Source of the DNA: Guillardia theta CCMP2712
Lineage: Eukaryota > Protista > Cryptophyta
Direction of reading: 5' to 3'
Assembly (NCBI RefSeq): GCF_000315625.1
Contig: NW_005434643.1
Span: 128,212-192,211 of the forward strand
Length of the DNA: 64,000 nt
Under the pieces are notes generated by a model that made no database searches, was not told the DNA's origin, and saw only the letters and a list, made by a program, of their open reading frames with translations. The translations under genes and the position numbers were made by a program. Positions 39,174-52,321 of this stretch are shown here, piece after piece (position 1 is the stretch's first letter; every line of letters starts with the position of its first letter).

Positions 39174-40876
39174 TTAGTTGATAGGAAGGACTGCGCACGA
39201 GCAAAGATACGGGTTCCCCGGAAACTCCGCAATCTCTCCTTCCTTCAACCCTCGCATCTGTGAAGCATCAAGTGTGACCACAATTTCTTACACCAGAATG
39301 CTAAAGAGGAAAAGGCATCTCTCACCGGAAGAATTCTGCATGACAGAGGTTTGCCCAATCGGTGGGCCATAGAGGCGATGTCCAGATAAAGGTTTCTGAT
39401 CTCCTCTGTGCTGCTCTTCCCCTCCACCGGAACAGTATCCAACCCTACCCCGCAGACAGAAGACCATGCCAGCAGCCCTTGCACCGAAACCCGTCCTTGA
39501 TTCGTCCTCTCTGCTAGACTGCAAGAGAAACGGTGAGCAAGACTGAAGGAAAGACAGTCTGAGGCTTGCCCGAGGTCCTCAAGAATGGGAAGCATTAACC
39601 CGCAGTATCCAACCCGTTTGACGGGGATGTCTTTCACCACTGAAGTGAGAGCACGAGCTATTCCGAGGGTTCCAGCCCCTCCAAATCGGAACTCCTTCCT
39701 CAGCAGGCTCTCGAAGGCATACGCAACGCTGCCTTCGCGCGACTGAAACGCATCTCGTCAACTTGAGGGAACAAGAGGCAATGACATTACAAGAGCAGGG
39801 TTGATCGAGGTGTCGATGCCGAGATAGTTGAAGCCATTCTTTTGCTCAACCTCCAACGCTGCTTCCTCCACGCGCTTACAGATCTTTACGTGGAGCATCA
39901 AATGTTCACATCATGCCATGATGTCACGCTCACAAGGTTACCAGTTCAAGCTCGTGTTTGAGCGATTGCATGCACGTTTGAACTCGCGTGGCTTCATCGT
40001 GCGGTTCATTGGAAAAAACTTCACGTACAAGCTCTGGTTAACTTCCTCAGTAACCATAAACACATTCGACCAAATTCACACACCCGCATTTTCAAGAGCG
40101 ATGGAAAATGATGGCGGCGAGCCACTTTTATGGTATGAAACAGGAAAAAAAGGAATGCCGTGTGGAGCCTAGACATGCAGGAATCGTACAAGTATTGTCA
40201 GGGGGGCTGCAAAGCAAGAGGAAACAAACGAAGAGGATCATGGGAAATACTGTTCAAGAAAGCTACTGCTGCAAAGGAATGCAGTCTGACTTACATTTGC
40301 AAACGCACAAAAACGAAAATTGTTTGATCCTCCCTGCAGGCATTTCATGTTCTGGACATAATAGAGGAGTCTATGTACATCGGCCAGTGTCGAGCAACAA
40401 TCTGCAACCTTACCCATCCATGCAAGATCTATCTCGTCGAGAGACTGGGATGGTAGAAGATCACAACTCGCAAAAGCCAACTCCATGGATTCGAGCAGAC
40501 TAGGCACGCGGGAGAGACCTTCCAAACGATGTCACATTTCCCGCATAAAACCGTCAGCATACAAACCTATCGCTGATCTGGCAGGCCCAAAGTTGAAAAA
40601 ATTCGCACCATGACGAGAAAGTGTGTTTCGGATGAGCTCAAGCTCTTGTGCAAACTTGTGATCGTCATCGATGGACAAGTAATCTTCGAAAGAGTTTGTC
40701 GAGATGCGTAGTGACTGTACTTCGAACCCCCTAGCGACAAGCTCCGACTCCATTGTCTTGTTGTTCTTCACCCCTTGCTCAATGATTCTATCAAGCTCCC
40801 CGTCGTCGCGCATGACCTCTCTGGTCAAGCACATCAACGACGTCACCGTCCTGACCTTGACCCGAGTCACCACCAT
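39174..40876 (-). CDS. DUF711/UPF0210 family protein (multi-exon)
   Basis: VRTVT..GFEVQSLRISTN, VGYCGLMLPILED, LLAWSSVCGVGLDTVPV, LGKPLSCRILPV, FPGNPYL; stop at 39174-39176. Confidence 0.8.
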
Positions 40877-41835
40877 TCCAGCAAAATCCTGCTCGTTACA
40901 CTCCGTTTCGTCCTGCACGTTCCGTTTTGTTTCTCTCACAAGCGGTTCGAAAGCAGAAACCGAAGAATAACGGATATGTCACGTATGGGCTTCCAAGGGG
41001 GTAGTCAAGTTTGGAGGAGGTTGCGTATGTAGGACCGGGTCCTTCATATGAAACTTCCCAAAGGGTGGGTAGGGGGTCAGAAAGGGGTGGTGGTGTGATA
41101 GGGTAGAAAAGGGGGTGTTGTCACAAGGCGGCCTCCGCTTACGATGCGACCCCCCGTGAGGGGCTCATACCGCATTCAGACCACCCTACCAAATTAGCGT
41201 CTACTCTGTACCCTACCATACTACATTGTCGACCAGATGTACTGTGGGGTAGGGTTCACATGAGAACCTACCCCATCTTCGCAACTCAATACGCCCCTCA
41301 CAGGCAGTTGCAACCCTCTCTCCGCCCACCTTGAGATGCTGACCAGACTTTTTGGATAATACCCCGAAATGATTTTCAATATTCATGGTAGTATGCCATA
41401 GTCTGGTGCTTTATATGATAGAGCAATAATTGAAAATGATCAACATTGCACCATGCGCTTCATTTTAGAAATAAGTATTGAAATCAACCATACAATGTAG
41501 GCGACCCTACCCTGGTAGGCTATGAACCCCGACCAATTACAATGGGGGCTGGACAACGAACCGGTGGTATCTAAGGAGTACCAGTCATTTGTAGCATTTG
41601 CAATAGGAAAAGTACCGGTCCTTTTGGACAACTAGTAATGACACAGGGGTAGTAGTATACCGAAAGAGAAATCAGGTTGGGTTGTTATAAAAAGAGGAGC
41701 TGTTGTTCTGATCTCTGCTGATCTGTGTTTAAACGTGTTGGGTTAACTCTTCAAGCAACAAGAAAATCTTGGCAAAACTCGACTGACAAGAGAGTTCGTA
41801 CACTGCAATTCCATCTATCTTACAGCTTGCACAAC

Positions 41836-43040
41836 ATGACCGGAAAAGCTGTTTTCCTGGCAGCATTACTGCTTACCACTTTGCTCGTCTCTGCCGTCCA
41901 ATGCGTGAAACCACCAGTGACAACAACCCCGCCAACCCCGCCGGCCCCACCTTCGGAAAACTTGCCTCCTGAGGAATTCTTCCTTCTGGAGAGCCTCACT
42001 TTCTGCGCGCCCCCAAGCAAGTTCGTATCACCCACTCTTCGCAATGGTGGAAAGCGTGTTTGTGCAGTGTCCATGAGCTCGGTTCAGAACAATGATAACC
42101 CATTGGTTACAGCATTCAAGAAAGCTTACATCTCGTTAGAGGAAATCCTTGTTGGCATCACCCAAGGACCCTCCATGGCAAGTGCAGCACACCTGCTTGA
42201 AGAAGACAGGCTCTTGGGGTCGCGCAGGTTGGCAAGAGCCAAGAAATCAATCATGAACCGCATTGCCACCTTGAAGAACAATGAAGAAGATACAGCCAGC
42301 ATGGCTGATATGTACGGTGGATTTTACTCCCCAAAAATCAAACCTGAGAAGCACGTACCCTGGGAAGAGAATGTGTTTGAGAGTGGAACAAGGCTAATGA
42401 AGACCGCAAAGCTTGGCGATTGTTATGGACCTACATTCTCTGAGGACACGTCGCAACTCGAGCTCTCTGGAGGATATTTTGAGGGTGACGGAGAAGCGGA
42501 GTCAATCGTTGCGAAACACCATCAAAACAAGGAATCGAAGGTAAGAAATCGAGCTGAATATTTTCCTACACTGACAATATTTGTGTACTCAGTATAGCGC
42601 TTCGAAATTGCGTGAAAAGTATGGAACCAAGATTGTTGAGTAGCTTGTATACAAACTAAAGTGTGATTCGGCTCATTGTGTGAAAACATGAATTTCAAGG
42701 GCCGATTCATCTGCTGACTGTCCGAACTAAACTCGAGAGTGTCTGCTCCACTCAATTTCGGGTCTATTTCAACGCTGTCCTTTCACGTTACCCGTCTATT
42801 ACCCAAACACACACCGCAACATGAATGTGAATGCCCATGATAATCCTGCTGCTGTCCCCAGGCTGATCTGTACCATAGCTCTGTGGACGGCTACACAGCA
42901 AGGTGCATATATTGAGCAGAATGTCTCCGCAAGATTATCTCAAGCTAAAAAAAAACTATAATGGAGAAGATAAGTTAGTCGATGTGTTCAGGACTAGATC
43001 CCGGTCCAGGTTGAAAGACAAAGATGGAAAGGTGTAAAGA
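41836..43040 (+). CDS. hypothetical secreted protein with Pro/Thr-rich N-terminus (3' exons uncertain)
   Basis: Signal peptide MTGKAVFLAALLLTTLLVSAVQC; long first exon up to a GTAAGA donor at 42541. Confidence 0.6.
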
Positions 43041-43899
43041 AAAAGCGCATTTATTCGATGCGCAGCTGGACGACAAGTATGTGTCAGTGCGTGGTTCGAG
43101 CTAGTCGAGTCTCATAGAGTTGACAGATGCAGACATTTCTAGTACTGTTCGTGTGTTTGTAACTCATTTGGCATTACATGCAGTCAGTCTTGAAAGATTG
43201 ATCCAAGCATGTTATTCAAACTCAGTAGATGGCGATTCACCATCGCCTCAAAATATGTGAATGAGAATATCATTTGGAAATGAATTTTCGATGGTCAAAC
43301 AATTCCTCCGAGTGAGAAGAGCTACGCGAAGAGTTTCTACTCTCCAGTAGCTTCACAAACTCAATGAAGCTCCGCCAAGGAGGTTTACGCCATGATTCCC
43401 TGTTCCATCAAGTGCCTGTGAGTGTCCAAGAATGCAGCCAGCATGGGGCAACATTTTCAGCATCTGCTGCTCAAAGTTCCCAAGTTTGTACTTTCCATAA
43501 TTGAGTGCCAGATCCTGCGCTGAGGGGTAAACTGAGACAGAAGTTCATTAACCGGGTGGCCTGATACTCGAGATGGAGTAGAGAAGCTGGAGTGGTGCGC
43601 CAACAAAGATTGCTGGCGCTCAGAAAGGTTAGCCCAAATACTGCAGAACACAGGAAATTGCAGTAGGGATTGAGCCGTGGGCAAGTGCTTTGACGTTGCG
43701 AATCTCCGACTTCTTGCGTCTCTTGAAGGTGTTTCAGTGCCAGCCACAGCAAACGTTCAACCGGCACAGTAGGGTTTTTCCAACCTGAAACCCGTCGGAC
43801 CCTGTGGCCTACACAGCATTGTAGCGATTGCCAAGTTTCTCCAATGAGCCGGGGAAACTGCCATCTTCCAGCATTGGATGTTACCTACACAGCAGCCAC

Positions 43900-44375
43900 T
43901 CTTCCAGCGGGTCAATATTGGCGCCGGATTTCACATTCGCCGACCACACCAAGCGGATCCTGGACTTCAGCGTGTGACATGTTTTTGACAATGATGGGAT
44001 ACCACACTTGACTCGGAGCAAACTGCAAGCAGCAGCACAGAGGAAGATCCGAGGGCATCGTAATGCATATGCTCAGCACATCCCGCCAAAGTCCTTTCTT
44101 CCCATCATCGCCATCACTGATGGGCTCTTGCAGGATGATGCGTTGCGCTTTCTGTGGTGGCTGGCGGATCACTCGGCGAACAAGAAACGGCAGCGCTGGG
44201 TTGTCTCTCGACCTACCTGTAAACGCATGTGGTACAGGATCTTTCGTCAGCTCAAGACATCCCTGTCCTTCGCTGCCATCATCCCGGGTACGTTTCCGTA
44301 TGCGTCTCGCTACTTCAGCGGCGGCCACAGCGACATCGCTGGCATGGCGCGGGGGAATTCCTTCGCGCAGTTAAG
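43900..44375 (+). mobile_element. dispersed repeat family, copy 3 (more diverged)
   Basis: Shares ACTGATGGGCTCTTGCAGGATGATGCG and GGATCTTTCGTCA.CTCAAG..CCCTGTCCTTCGCTGCCATCATC with copies 1 and 2. Confidence 0.75.
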
Positions 44376-45400
44376 TGAAGATATCAGTCAATATTTGGGG
44401 ACAGAAGTGGGCCGTACAAAGAGTTTGCTCTGACTGTCTTTTCTGCTTTGGTCCTTCTCTACCGATTTTTTAACTTAACTTTGAGTAAAGTCCGAAGGGC
44501 AGGAGCCCCTGTTGCTACGGGAACCCCTTTTGCTTTACTCAAAGTTAAGTTACTTTTGCTATGGAACAGAAAACTACCTGCCACTACCACCAGGTTTTTT
44601 TTACTGGAATTTCATGAGGGTGATGATGAGGGGTATGAGGCTGGGTATGAGGACGATGATGCTTGTGTCAGAGGGCAATGAGATCACGCATTTTTGTTAA
44701 CCTCATATAATAATAAAAATAAAACTTAAAAACTGCTACCGTTCTGCCTGTTTCGGCACAGGATGTTCAGCATCCGAGGCTCCGAATCAGCGGTTTACTC
44801 CGATGAGATCCGGAAGCGGGACAAGAGCTCTAAAACAGGTTTTAGAGCTCTAAAAATTGTTTTAGTGAGTTTTGTTCGGTTCGGAGAGAACTGCATCCGC
44901 AGTCAAAAACTATTTCTGTAGGCAACTTCGGGCGCCATGCAGTTTGAAAAAGCGTTGTTTCGATCCCGAAACAATTTCTTTTTGTTGGCAGTGATAGATC
45001 GAAAGTATTTCATTTCAACTCGGCATCGGGAGAAGATGCCCGGATACCACGGTACAGACCAGAAATCTCTAACTTTGAAATAGTCTAGATGATTCTATTG
45101 TCAGCATGAGCATTTCAATCACAGACTATCATCGACCAGGAGAGAAGACGCAAGGCAACAGTTGCGTATTTCAGCTACCAACCCCCGTCAACCCTTGAAA
45201 CCGCCTCCCTTCCATCTTCCGCAGCCCCTGTCACATTGGCTGCCCGACGTGCTCATACTACCCCTACCCCTGTGTCTCCCCTGCTTGACCCCTGTGATCG
45301 ACCTGGCTTTCCCTGCCCTTTCTTTACGGTGGATTCCCCCAGTGCAGCGCAACTTAAACCCGTAGAGGGCATCTCCAGCCGCACAGCCCACACCCCCAGC

Positions 45401-45970
45401 ATGAGCTGCCACGCCTGCGATCAGATTAGCCTAGAGGACGCCATCGCCAGCCTCTACCCTCAGGACCTCTACTACTCTCCTGTCACTGCTGACCCTCTCG
45501 ACCTCATGCACTCGTGGATCGCTGAGAACCCCATTCCGCATGCCCACTGCGACTTGTCGGACGCGAACGAGGCCGATGTCGCGAGGAGCAGGCGCTGGGC
45601 GGAGGCAACGCTGGAAAGGTCCAACTCCAACACCTCCCTGAGCAGCGCTGCAACAGCAAGCTTGTCCGATGCGGAGTGGGGAGAAGCGGGAAATGCTGAG
45701 CCGGAGAAGAAAGTCAAGGCGAAGCGAAGCTACAAGCCCAAGACCAGCAGGACGCAGTGGACGAAGGAGGAGCACGCGAGCTTCGTGGCAGCGGTAGAGG
45801 CACACTGTCCCATGGAGACAAGGAGCGGGGCGAATGGGAAGGTGTTCGTGGGACTTGGAGCAGGAGTGGCCGAGCTTATAGCAACAGCGGTGCCGACGAG
45901 GACTGTATCGCAGATCAGGTCGCATGCGCAGAAATACTTCCTGAGGGAGAGCAAGAAGGGCGATTGGTAA
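45401..45970 (+). CDS. SHAQKYF-class MYB transcription factor, tandem copy 1
   Basis: RTQWTKEEHASFVAAV...VPTRTVSQIRSHAQKYF. Confidence 0.93.
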   Translation: MSCHACDQISLEDAIASLYPQDLYYSPVTADPLDLMHSWIAENPIPHAHCDLSDANEADVARSRRWAEATLERSNSNTSLSSAATASLSDAEWGEAGNAEPEKKVKAKRSYKPKTSRTQWTKEEHASFVAAVEAHCPMETRSGANGKVFVGLGAGVAELIATAVPTRTVSQIRSHAQKYFLRESKKGDW

Positions 45971-45989
45971 CTGTGCATGACTAGGTATG

Positions 45990-47832
45990 AAATGAGCTAA
46001 TAAACTTGAACTGCCAAACCGTTTGTATGTCCTGCGTAGAATACGAGGTGGCTGCTGTTTCTTCTCGCGGAGGCATGTACTTTTTTACCGAGGCTTGCCT
46101 CAAGGTTCTTTCCTCAGAGATACAACAAGAGCATGTCGGGTCCAGTGATATCAACACCTGGTCGCGTTCAGCATGTGCGAGCTCTAGCTGGGCCATTGGG
46201 TTCGTGTCGATTCTCAGTGTCGAGCTTGCCTGTCGACGAACTTGATTGAAATTCATTGGTGGTAGAGCATCTGATGTGATTGCGTGTATTTGCTAGAATG
46301 ATGAAAGCAGCCACGTCTGTGTCGCATCTCTTACCCTGGACTTCTTGTTCTAGTAATAATGTATGACAATAGGTAACAATGTATAGGTAACAATGACAAG
46401 TATCCAGTCTGTTTCTTCGCGATTTTCTTGTTGCATGCATCAATCACACAAATTGGCTTGGAAGACTTTTCGTATGACGTGTCCGAGAATCTTCAGGTAG
46501 ATCAGTCAACCTTCTTGTCATGCCAACCTTCAACTCTTCTCGCAGCGTGTCTGTTTGTTCTCTCAGAATCCTAGTCTCGGCCATGAGACTCATGCAAGGA
46601 GGAATCCCAGAATATGTTATGTCGCATTCCTCACATCGCTTCCTCACAGTCTCTTCATGCTTGCGCAAGGATCTCAAAAATAAACCTCGATTGCGTTCCC
46701 TTGATACAGAACAGTTCAGTGCTCCCCTTAATACGCGATTACTGCCATTCCACTTCTCAAGTCTATGTATATTGATGAACCACATTTGCAATGAAGAATG
46801 TAACATATCTTTGAAAACCGTTTGAAAGAAAAAGTATCCTTATCATGAGTAAAATCGTTGGAACTATTGCCCTCGATACTCTCAAGGCCTTGCTTGTTGA
46901 AGTAACACAGAATCAAGTAAAGGTCATCCGATTCCGTATAGTTTGCCTGCTAATCTATCGGGCACTTGGGCCCTTTGGAATTGAAATGAGATGTGTCACA
47001 CTGTCATTCAAGAAACTATGCGCTCCAACAATGAGGTGCAAGTTATGTTCATTGTCAGTCCGACGGAAAATGTACCGATATCCATCCATTGCACACCACA
47101 CATCCACGACATCCTCCTTTGCAGTAGTTGTCCAAACCATAGTCTCCGATCGCTTCCCAGGAAGGAATTGCTTCTCAATCGTATTCTTGTGGTTGTATCA
47201 TGCTGTTGAATGCAAGAGCCAGTAGCGGGCATGTTTGCAGGTGGCTTTAAGCATCAAGCTCATGTCTTGATTGCTTCCAAACCCTTTTGGCATCGAGCCC
47301 TGCATGATCTTTCTTACCTCACAATAAGGTGAGTTTAAAATGATCAATATTCAAATCGAAATGCTGCAAATGCAGAGCATCGTGAACTTTCTATCCTGCG
47401 ACAACAGTCTCATATGTGCATGGCTGCAGCTTGACCTGAAAGACATGTTGTTCAGTACTCATGCTGCTCTCGATTCTTCCACTTGGATGTGCATGCGATG
47501 AACTGCTTGAAGAACTCCGTGTTCCAGGTATCCTTGCACTGTCAACAAGTGTTTGCCAATTCATCTCCACTGGTCTTTTTTCTCTTTTACATGTTTCACG
47601 TATGCCTGAATGATTTCATTTAAATTCGGTTCTAAACCCATCCCAATTATTTTGCCATCGCTGTGAATTCTTGACATTGCTCGAAGTAAAAGTTCTTCCA
47701 TGGGCTGCTGTATCCTTGCAGTGCGCCAACTCTCGACATCGTGTGTTTTACCTTGTCAGAACCCGAAGCGTCCTCTCTCAAATTCGTGCCGTCACCGGAG
47801 TCGCTCGCGTCGCTACTACTATCATCGCCCAC
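45990..47832 (-). CDS. hypothetical multi-exon protein, copy 1 (convergent with MYB)
   Basis: Minus-strand exon-like ORFs (MGDDSSSD.., VWTTTAKEDVVDVWC.., LRSLRKHEETVRKRCEEC) that are conserved in the duplicate. Confidence 0.4.
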
Positions 47833-48909
47833 ATCGTCCGAACATTGCAGCGATACACCTGCTGTGTGCTTTCATGGATTTGTTCATTATCGCATTACAC
47901 GTGTGGATATCGCGTTCCTCATCGCAACATACGCATGAATATCTAGGTCTGTCGTGTCATGCAGACACTTCCCTCCTCTCGCTCGCGCCTATCCTGCATG
48001 CTGTGCCCCATGTTCCGGGCGCAAATCCCCCATTTTTTGTTTGGGTGCTCTTGCCCTGCTTGCCCTGCTCCTGCGGGCGGGCCTGACTTCTGTTTGTCCT
48101 CGTACTGACATTTAACTTAACTTCGAGTAAAAGATTTGAGCACCCGGCGGGCCCTCTGAGCCCGTTCCGGCCGACAGGCAGCGATCGGATCGTTTTTTAC
48201 TCAAAGTTAGTTGGCCGACCGTTAGTTAAGACCGTTGTTGGTTCTGCCTGTTTCGGCACAGGTCAGCGTCCGAAGCTCCGATTTTACTACATATTGAGCA
48301 TCGGAAGCCGGGCAAGAAAACCAGTTTTAGCAAAACAGTCTTTTGCTCCTGCACATTTCTGATTCCTTGATTGGATGGAAATCAAGAGAAAAGGAAGGAA
48401 ACTTGTCCTGACCTTGTCCTTCACCGAGACTATCACACGCAAGGCAGCAAAGGTTTACTCGAGTGAAATAGGACATTGTCTAATGGAAGTGCGAGGGCAG
48501 AGGAAAGGCTTGCGGGGCTTGCCGTCGGCTGCATCCGAAGCAAAAAAACTACTTTTAAAAGGCAATCTCGGGCTTTAAAGAGACAGGGACACGAGGTAGA
48601 TGAGTGCCCCATACAAGTGGTACCATTTATGGGTGCGCATGAAGGTCAGAACATGACCTGGCGCCATGCAGCTTGAAAACAATCTGTTTCGATCCCGAAA
48701 CAATACTGTTGAATTCCCGAAACAATGCTTTTAAATTCACGAAAACTCTCTCTATCATGAACATCATATCGGTCACAAACTATCCACTCATGTCAACCCT
48801 TGAAAACGCATCCCTTCCTCCCTGCCCCTTCTTTACGGTGGATACCCCCAGTGGCGCAGCTTAAAACCCAGAAGAGGGCACATCCAGCCACACAGCCCAC
48901 ACCCCCAGC

Positions 48910-49479
48910 ATGAGCTGCCACGCCTGCGATCAGATCAGCCTAGAGGACGCCATCGCCAGCCTCTACCCTCAGGACCTCTACTACTCTCCTGTCACTTCCG
49001 ACCCTCTCGACCTCATGCACTCGTGGATCGCTGAGAACCCCATTCCGCATGCCCACTGCGACTTGTCGGACGCGAACGAGACCGATGTCGCGAGGAGCAG
49101 GCGCTGGGCGGAGGCAACGCTGGAAAGGTCCAACTCCAACACCTCCCTGAGCAGCGCTGCAACAGCAAGCTTGTCCGATGCGGAGTGGGGAGAAGCGGGA
49201 AATGCTGAGCCGGAGAAGAAAGTCAAGGCGAAGCGAAGCTACAAGCCCAAGACCAGCAGGACGCAGTGGACGAAGGAGGAGCACGCGAGCTTCGTGGCAG
49301 CGGTAGAGGCACACTGTCCCATGGAGACAAGGAGCGGGGCGAATGGGAAGGTGTTCGTGGGACTTGGAGCAGGAGTGGCCGAGCTTATAGCAACAGCGGT
49401 GCCGACGAGGACTGTAGCGCAGATCAGGTCGCATGCGCAGAAATACTTCCTGAGGGAGAGCAAGAAGGGCGACTGGTAA
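48910..49479 (+). CDS. SHAQKYF-class MYB transcription factor, tandem copy 2
   Basis: Near-identical to copy 1. Confidence 0.93.
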   Translation: MSCHACDQISLEDAIASLYPQDLYYSPVTSDPLDLMHSWIAENPIPHAHCDLSDANETDVARSRRWAEATLERSNSNTSLSSAATASLSDAEWGEAGNAEPEKKVKAKRSYKPKTSRTQWTKEEHASFVAAVEAHCPMETRSGANGKVFVGLGAGVAELIATAVPTRTVAQIRSHAQKYFLRESKKGDW

Positions 49480-49505
49480 CTGTGCATGACTAGGTATGAA
49501 ATGAG

Positions 49506-51290
49506 CTAATAAAACTTGAACTGCCAAACCGTTTGTATGTCCTGCGTAGAATACGAGGTGGCTGCTGTTTCTTCTCGCGGAGGCATGCACTTTTTTACCG
49601 AGGCTTGCCTCAAGGTTCTTTCCTCAGAGATACAACAAGAGGGTGTCGGGTCAAATGATATCAACACCTGGTCGCGTTCATCATGTGCGAGCTTCTGGCC
49701 ATTGGGTTCGTGTCGATTCTCAGTGTTGAGCTTGCCTGTCGACGAACTTGATTGAAATTCATTGGTGGTAGAGCATCTGATGTGATTGCGTGTATTTGCT
49801 AGAATGATGAAAGCAGCCACGTCTGTGTCGCATCTCTTACCCTGGACTTCTTGTTCTAGTAATAATGTATGACAATCGTGTATAGGTAACAACGACAAGT
49901 ATCCAGTCTGTTTTTTCTCGATTTTCTTGTTGCATGCATCAATCACACAAATTGACTTGGAAGACTTTTCGTATGACGTGTCCGAGAATCTTCAGGTAGA
50001 TCTGTACTATGAATCTCGCTTCTTCAGTCAACCTTCTTGTCATGCCAACCTTCAACTCTTCTCGCAGCGTGTCTGTTTGTTCTCTCAGAATCCTAGTCTC
50101 GGCCATGAGACTCATGCAAGGAGGCATCCCTGTATATGTTATGTCGCATTCCTCACATCGCTTCCTCACAGTCTCTTCATGCTTGCGCAAGGATCTCAAA
50201 AATAAACCTCGATTGCGTTCCCTTGATACAGAACAGTTCAGTGCTCCCCTTAATATGCGATTACTGCCATTCCACTTCTCAAGTCTATGTATATTGATGA
50301 ACCACATTTGCAATGAAGAATGTAACATTTCTTTGAAAACCGTTTGAAAGAAAAAGTATCCTTATCATGAGTAAAATCGTTGGAACTATTGCCCTCGATA
50401 CTCTCAAGGCCTTGCTTGTTGAAATAACACAGAATCAAGTAAAGGTCATCCGATTCCGTATAGTTTGCCTGCTAATCTAACGGGCACTTGGGCCCTTTGG
50501 AATTGAAATGAGATGTGTCACACTGTCATTCAAGAAACTATGCGCTCCAACAATGAGGTGCAAGTTATGTTCATTGTCAGTCCGACGGAAATTGTACCGA
50601 TATCCATCCATTGCACACCACACATCCACGATATTCTCCTTTGCAGTAGTTGTCCAAACCATAGTCTCCGATCGCTTCCGAGGAAGGAATTGCTTCTCAA
50701 TCGTATCCTTGTGGTTGTATCATGCTGTTGAATGCCAGAGCCAGAATCGGGCATGTTTGCAGCTGGCTTTAACCATCAAGCACATGTTTTGTTCGCTTCC
50801 AAAACATCGGGCCCTGCATGATCTTTCTTACTGAGTTTCAAATGATCAATATCCAAACCGATTTGCTGCAAATGCAGAACATCATGAACTTTCTATCCTG
50901 CGACAACATTCTCATGTGCATGGCTGCAGCTTGACCTGAAAGACATGTTGTTCATTATTCATGCTGCTCTCGATTCTTCCACCTGGATGTGCATGTGATG
51001 AACTGCTTGAAGAACTCCGTGTTCCAGGTATCCTTGCACTGTCAACAAGTGTTTGCCAATTCATCTCCACTGGTCTTTTTTCTCTTTTACATGTTTCACG
51101 TATGCCTGAATGATTTCATTTAAATTCGGTTCTAAACCCATCCCAATTATTTTGCCATCGCTATGAATTCCTGACATTGCTCGAAGTAAAAGTTCTTCCA
51201 TGGGCTGCTGTATCCTTTCATATTCTTGCCGTCATCGGAGTCACTCGTTTCGTTGCCACTATCATCGTCCACATCGTCCGAACATTGCAG
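49506..51290 (-). CDS. hypothetical multi-exon protein, copy 2 (indels relative to copy 1; possibly pseudogene)
   Basis: Paralogous to 45990-47832, with a deletion near 51220. Confidence 0.35.
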
Positions 51291-52321
51291 CGATACACCT
51301 GTGTGCTTGCATGGATTTGTGCATTATCGCATTACACGTGTGGATGTCTCGCTCCTGATCGCAACATATGAATGTATATCTAGGTCTTTTCTACAAACAG
51401 ATACTTCCCTCCTCTCGCTCGCGCCTATCCTGCATGCTCTGCTCCCTGTGTTCACTTTCCGGGCGGAAATCCCCCATTTTCTGGGGTGCTCTTGCCCTCC
51501 TTGCCCTGCTCTTTGTTGCGGCTTGAGCAGCCGGCGGGCCCTCTCAGCCGCTCCGCTCCGGCCGACAGGCATTACTCAAAGATAGTTGGCCGACCGTTGA
51601 TTTTAAAAGACTGTTTTTGGTTCTGCCTGTTTCGGAACATTGTCAGAGTCCGATGCTCCGATTTTACTACATATTGAGCAACAGAAGCGGGACAAGAGCT
51701 CTAAAACCAGTTTTAGCAAAACAGTCATTTGCTTTACTCCTGCGCATTGCTGACTGCATGAGTGGATGGACTCAAGACAAAAAGAAGGAGACCTGTCCTG
51801 ACATTGTCCTTCTCCGTACCTATCACATGAAAGGCAGCAAAGGTTTAATAGGGCATTGTCCGATCATCCGAGGCACAAAAACTACTACTAAAAGGCAATC
51901 TCGGGCTTAAAAGAGACAGGGACACGAGGTAGATGAGTACCCCATACAAGTGGTACCATTTATATGGGTGCGCAAGAAAGGCAAAACATGACCTGGCGCC
52001 ATGCAGCTTGAAAACAATCTGTTTCGTTGCCGAAACCATCTTTTTTTTTGTTTTCGAAAACATATAGTTTCAACCAATGTCAACAGGGCAACAGTTGCGT
52101 ATTTGAGTTGTCCATGGCTACCACCTTGAAACCGCCTCCCTTCCATCTTCCGCAGCACCTGCCCGACGTGCTCTCACTACCCCCACCCCTGTGTCTCCCC
52201 TGCTTGACCCCTGTGATCGACCTGGCTTTCCCTGCCCCTTCTTTACGGTGGATTCCCCCAGTGCAGCGCAACTTTTCAACCCGTAGAGGGCATCTCCAGC
52301 CGCACAGCCCACACCCCCAGC

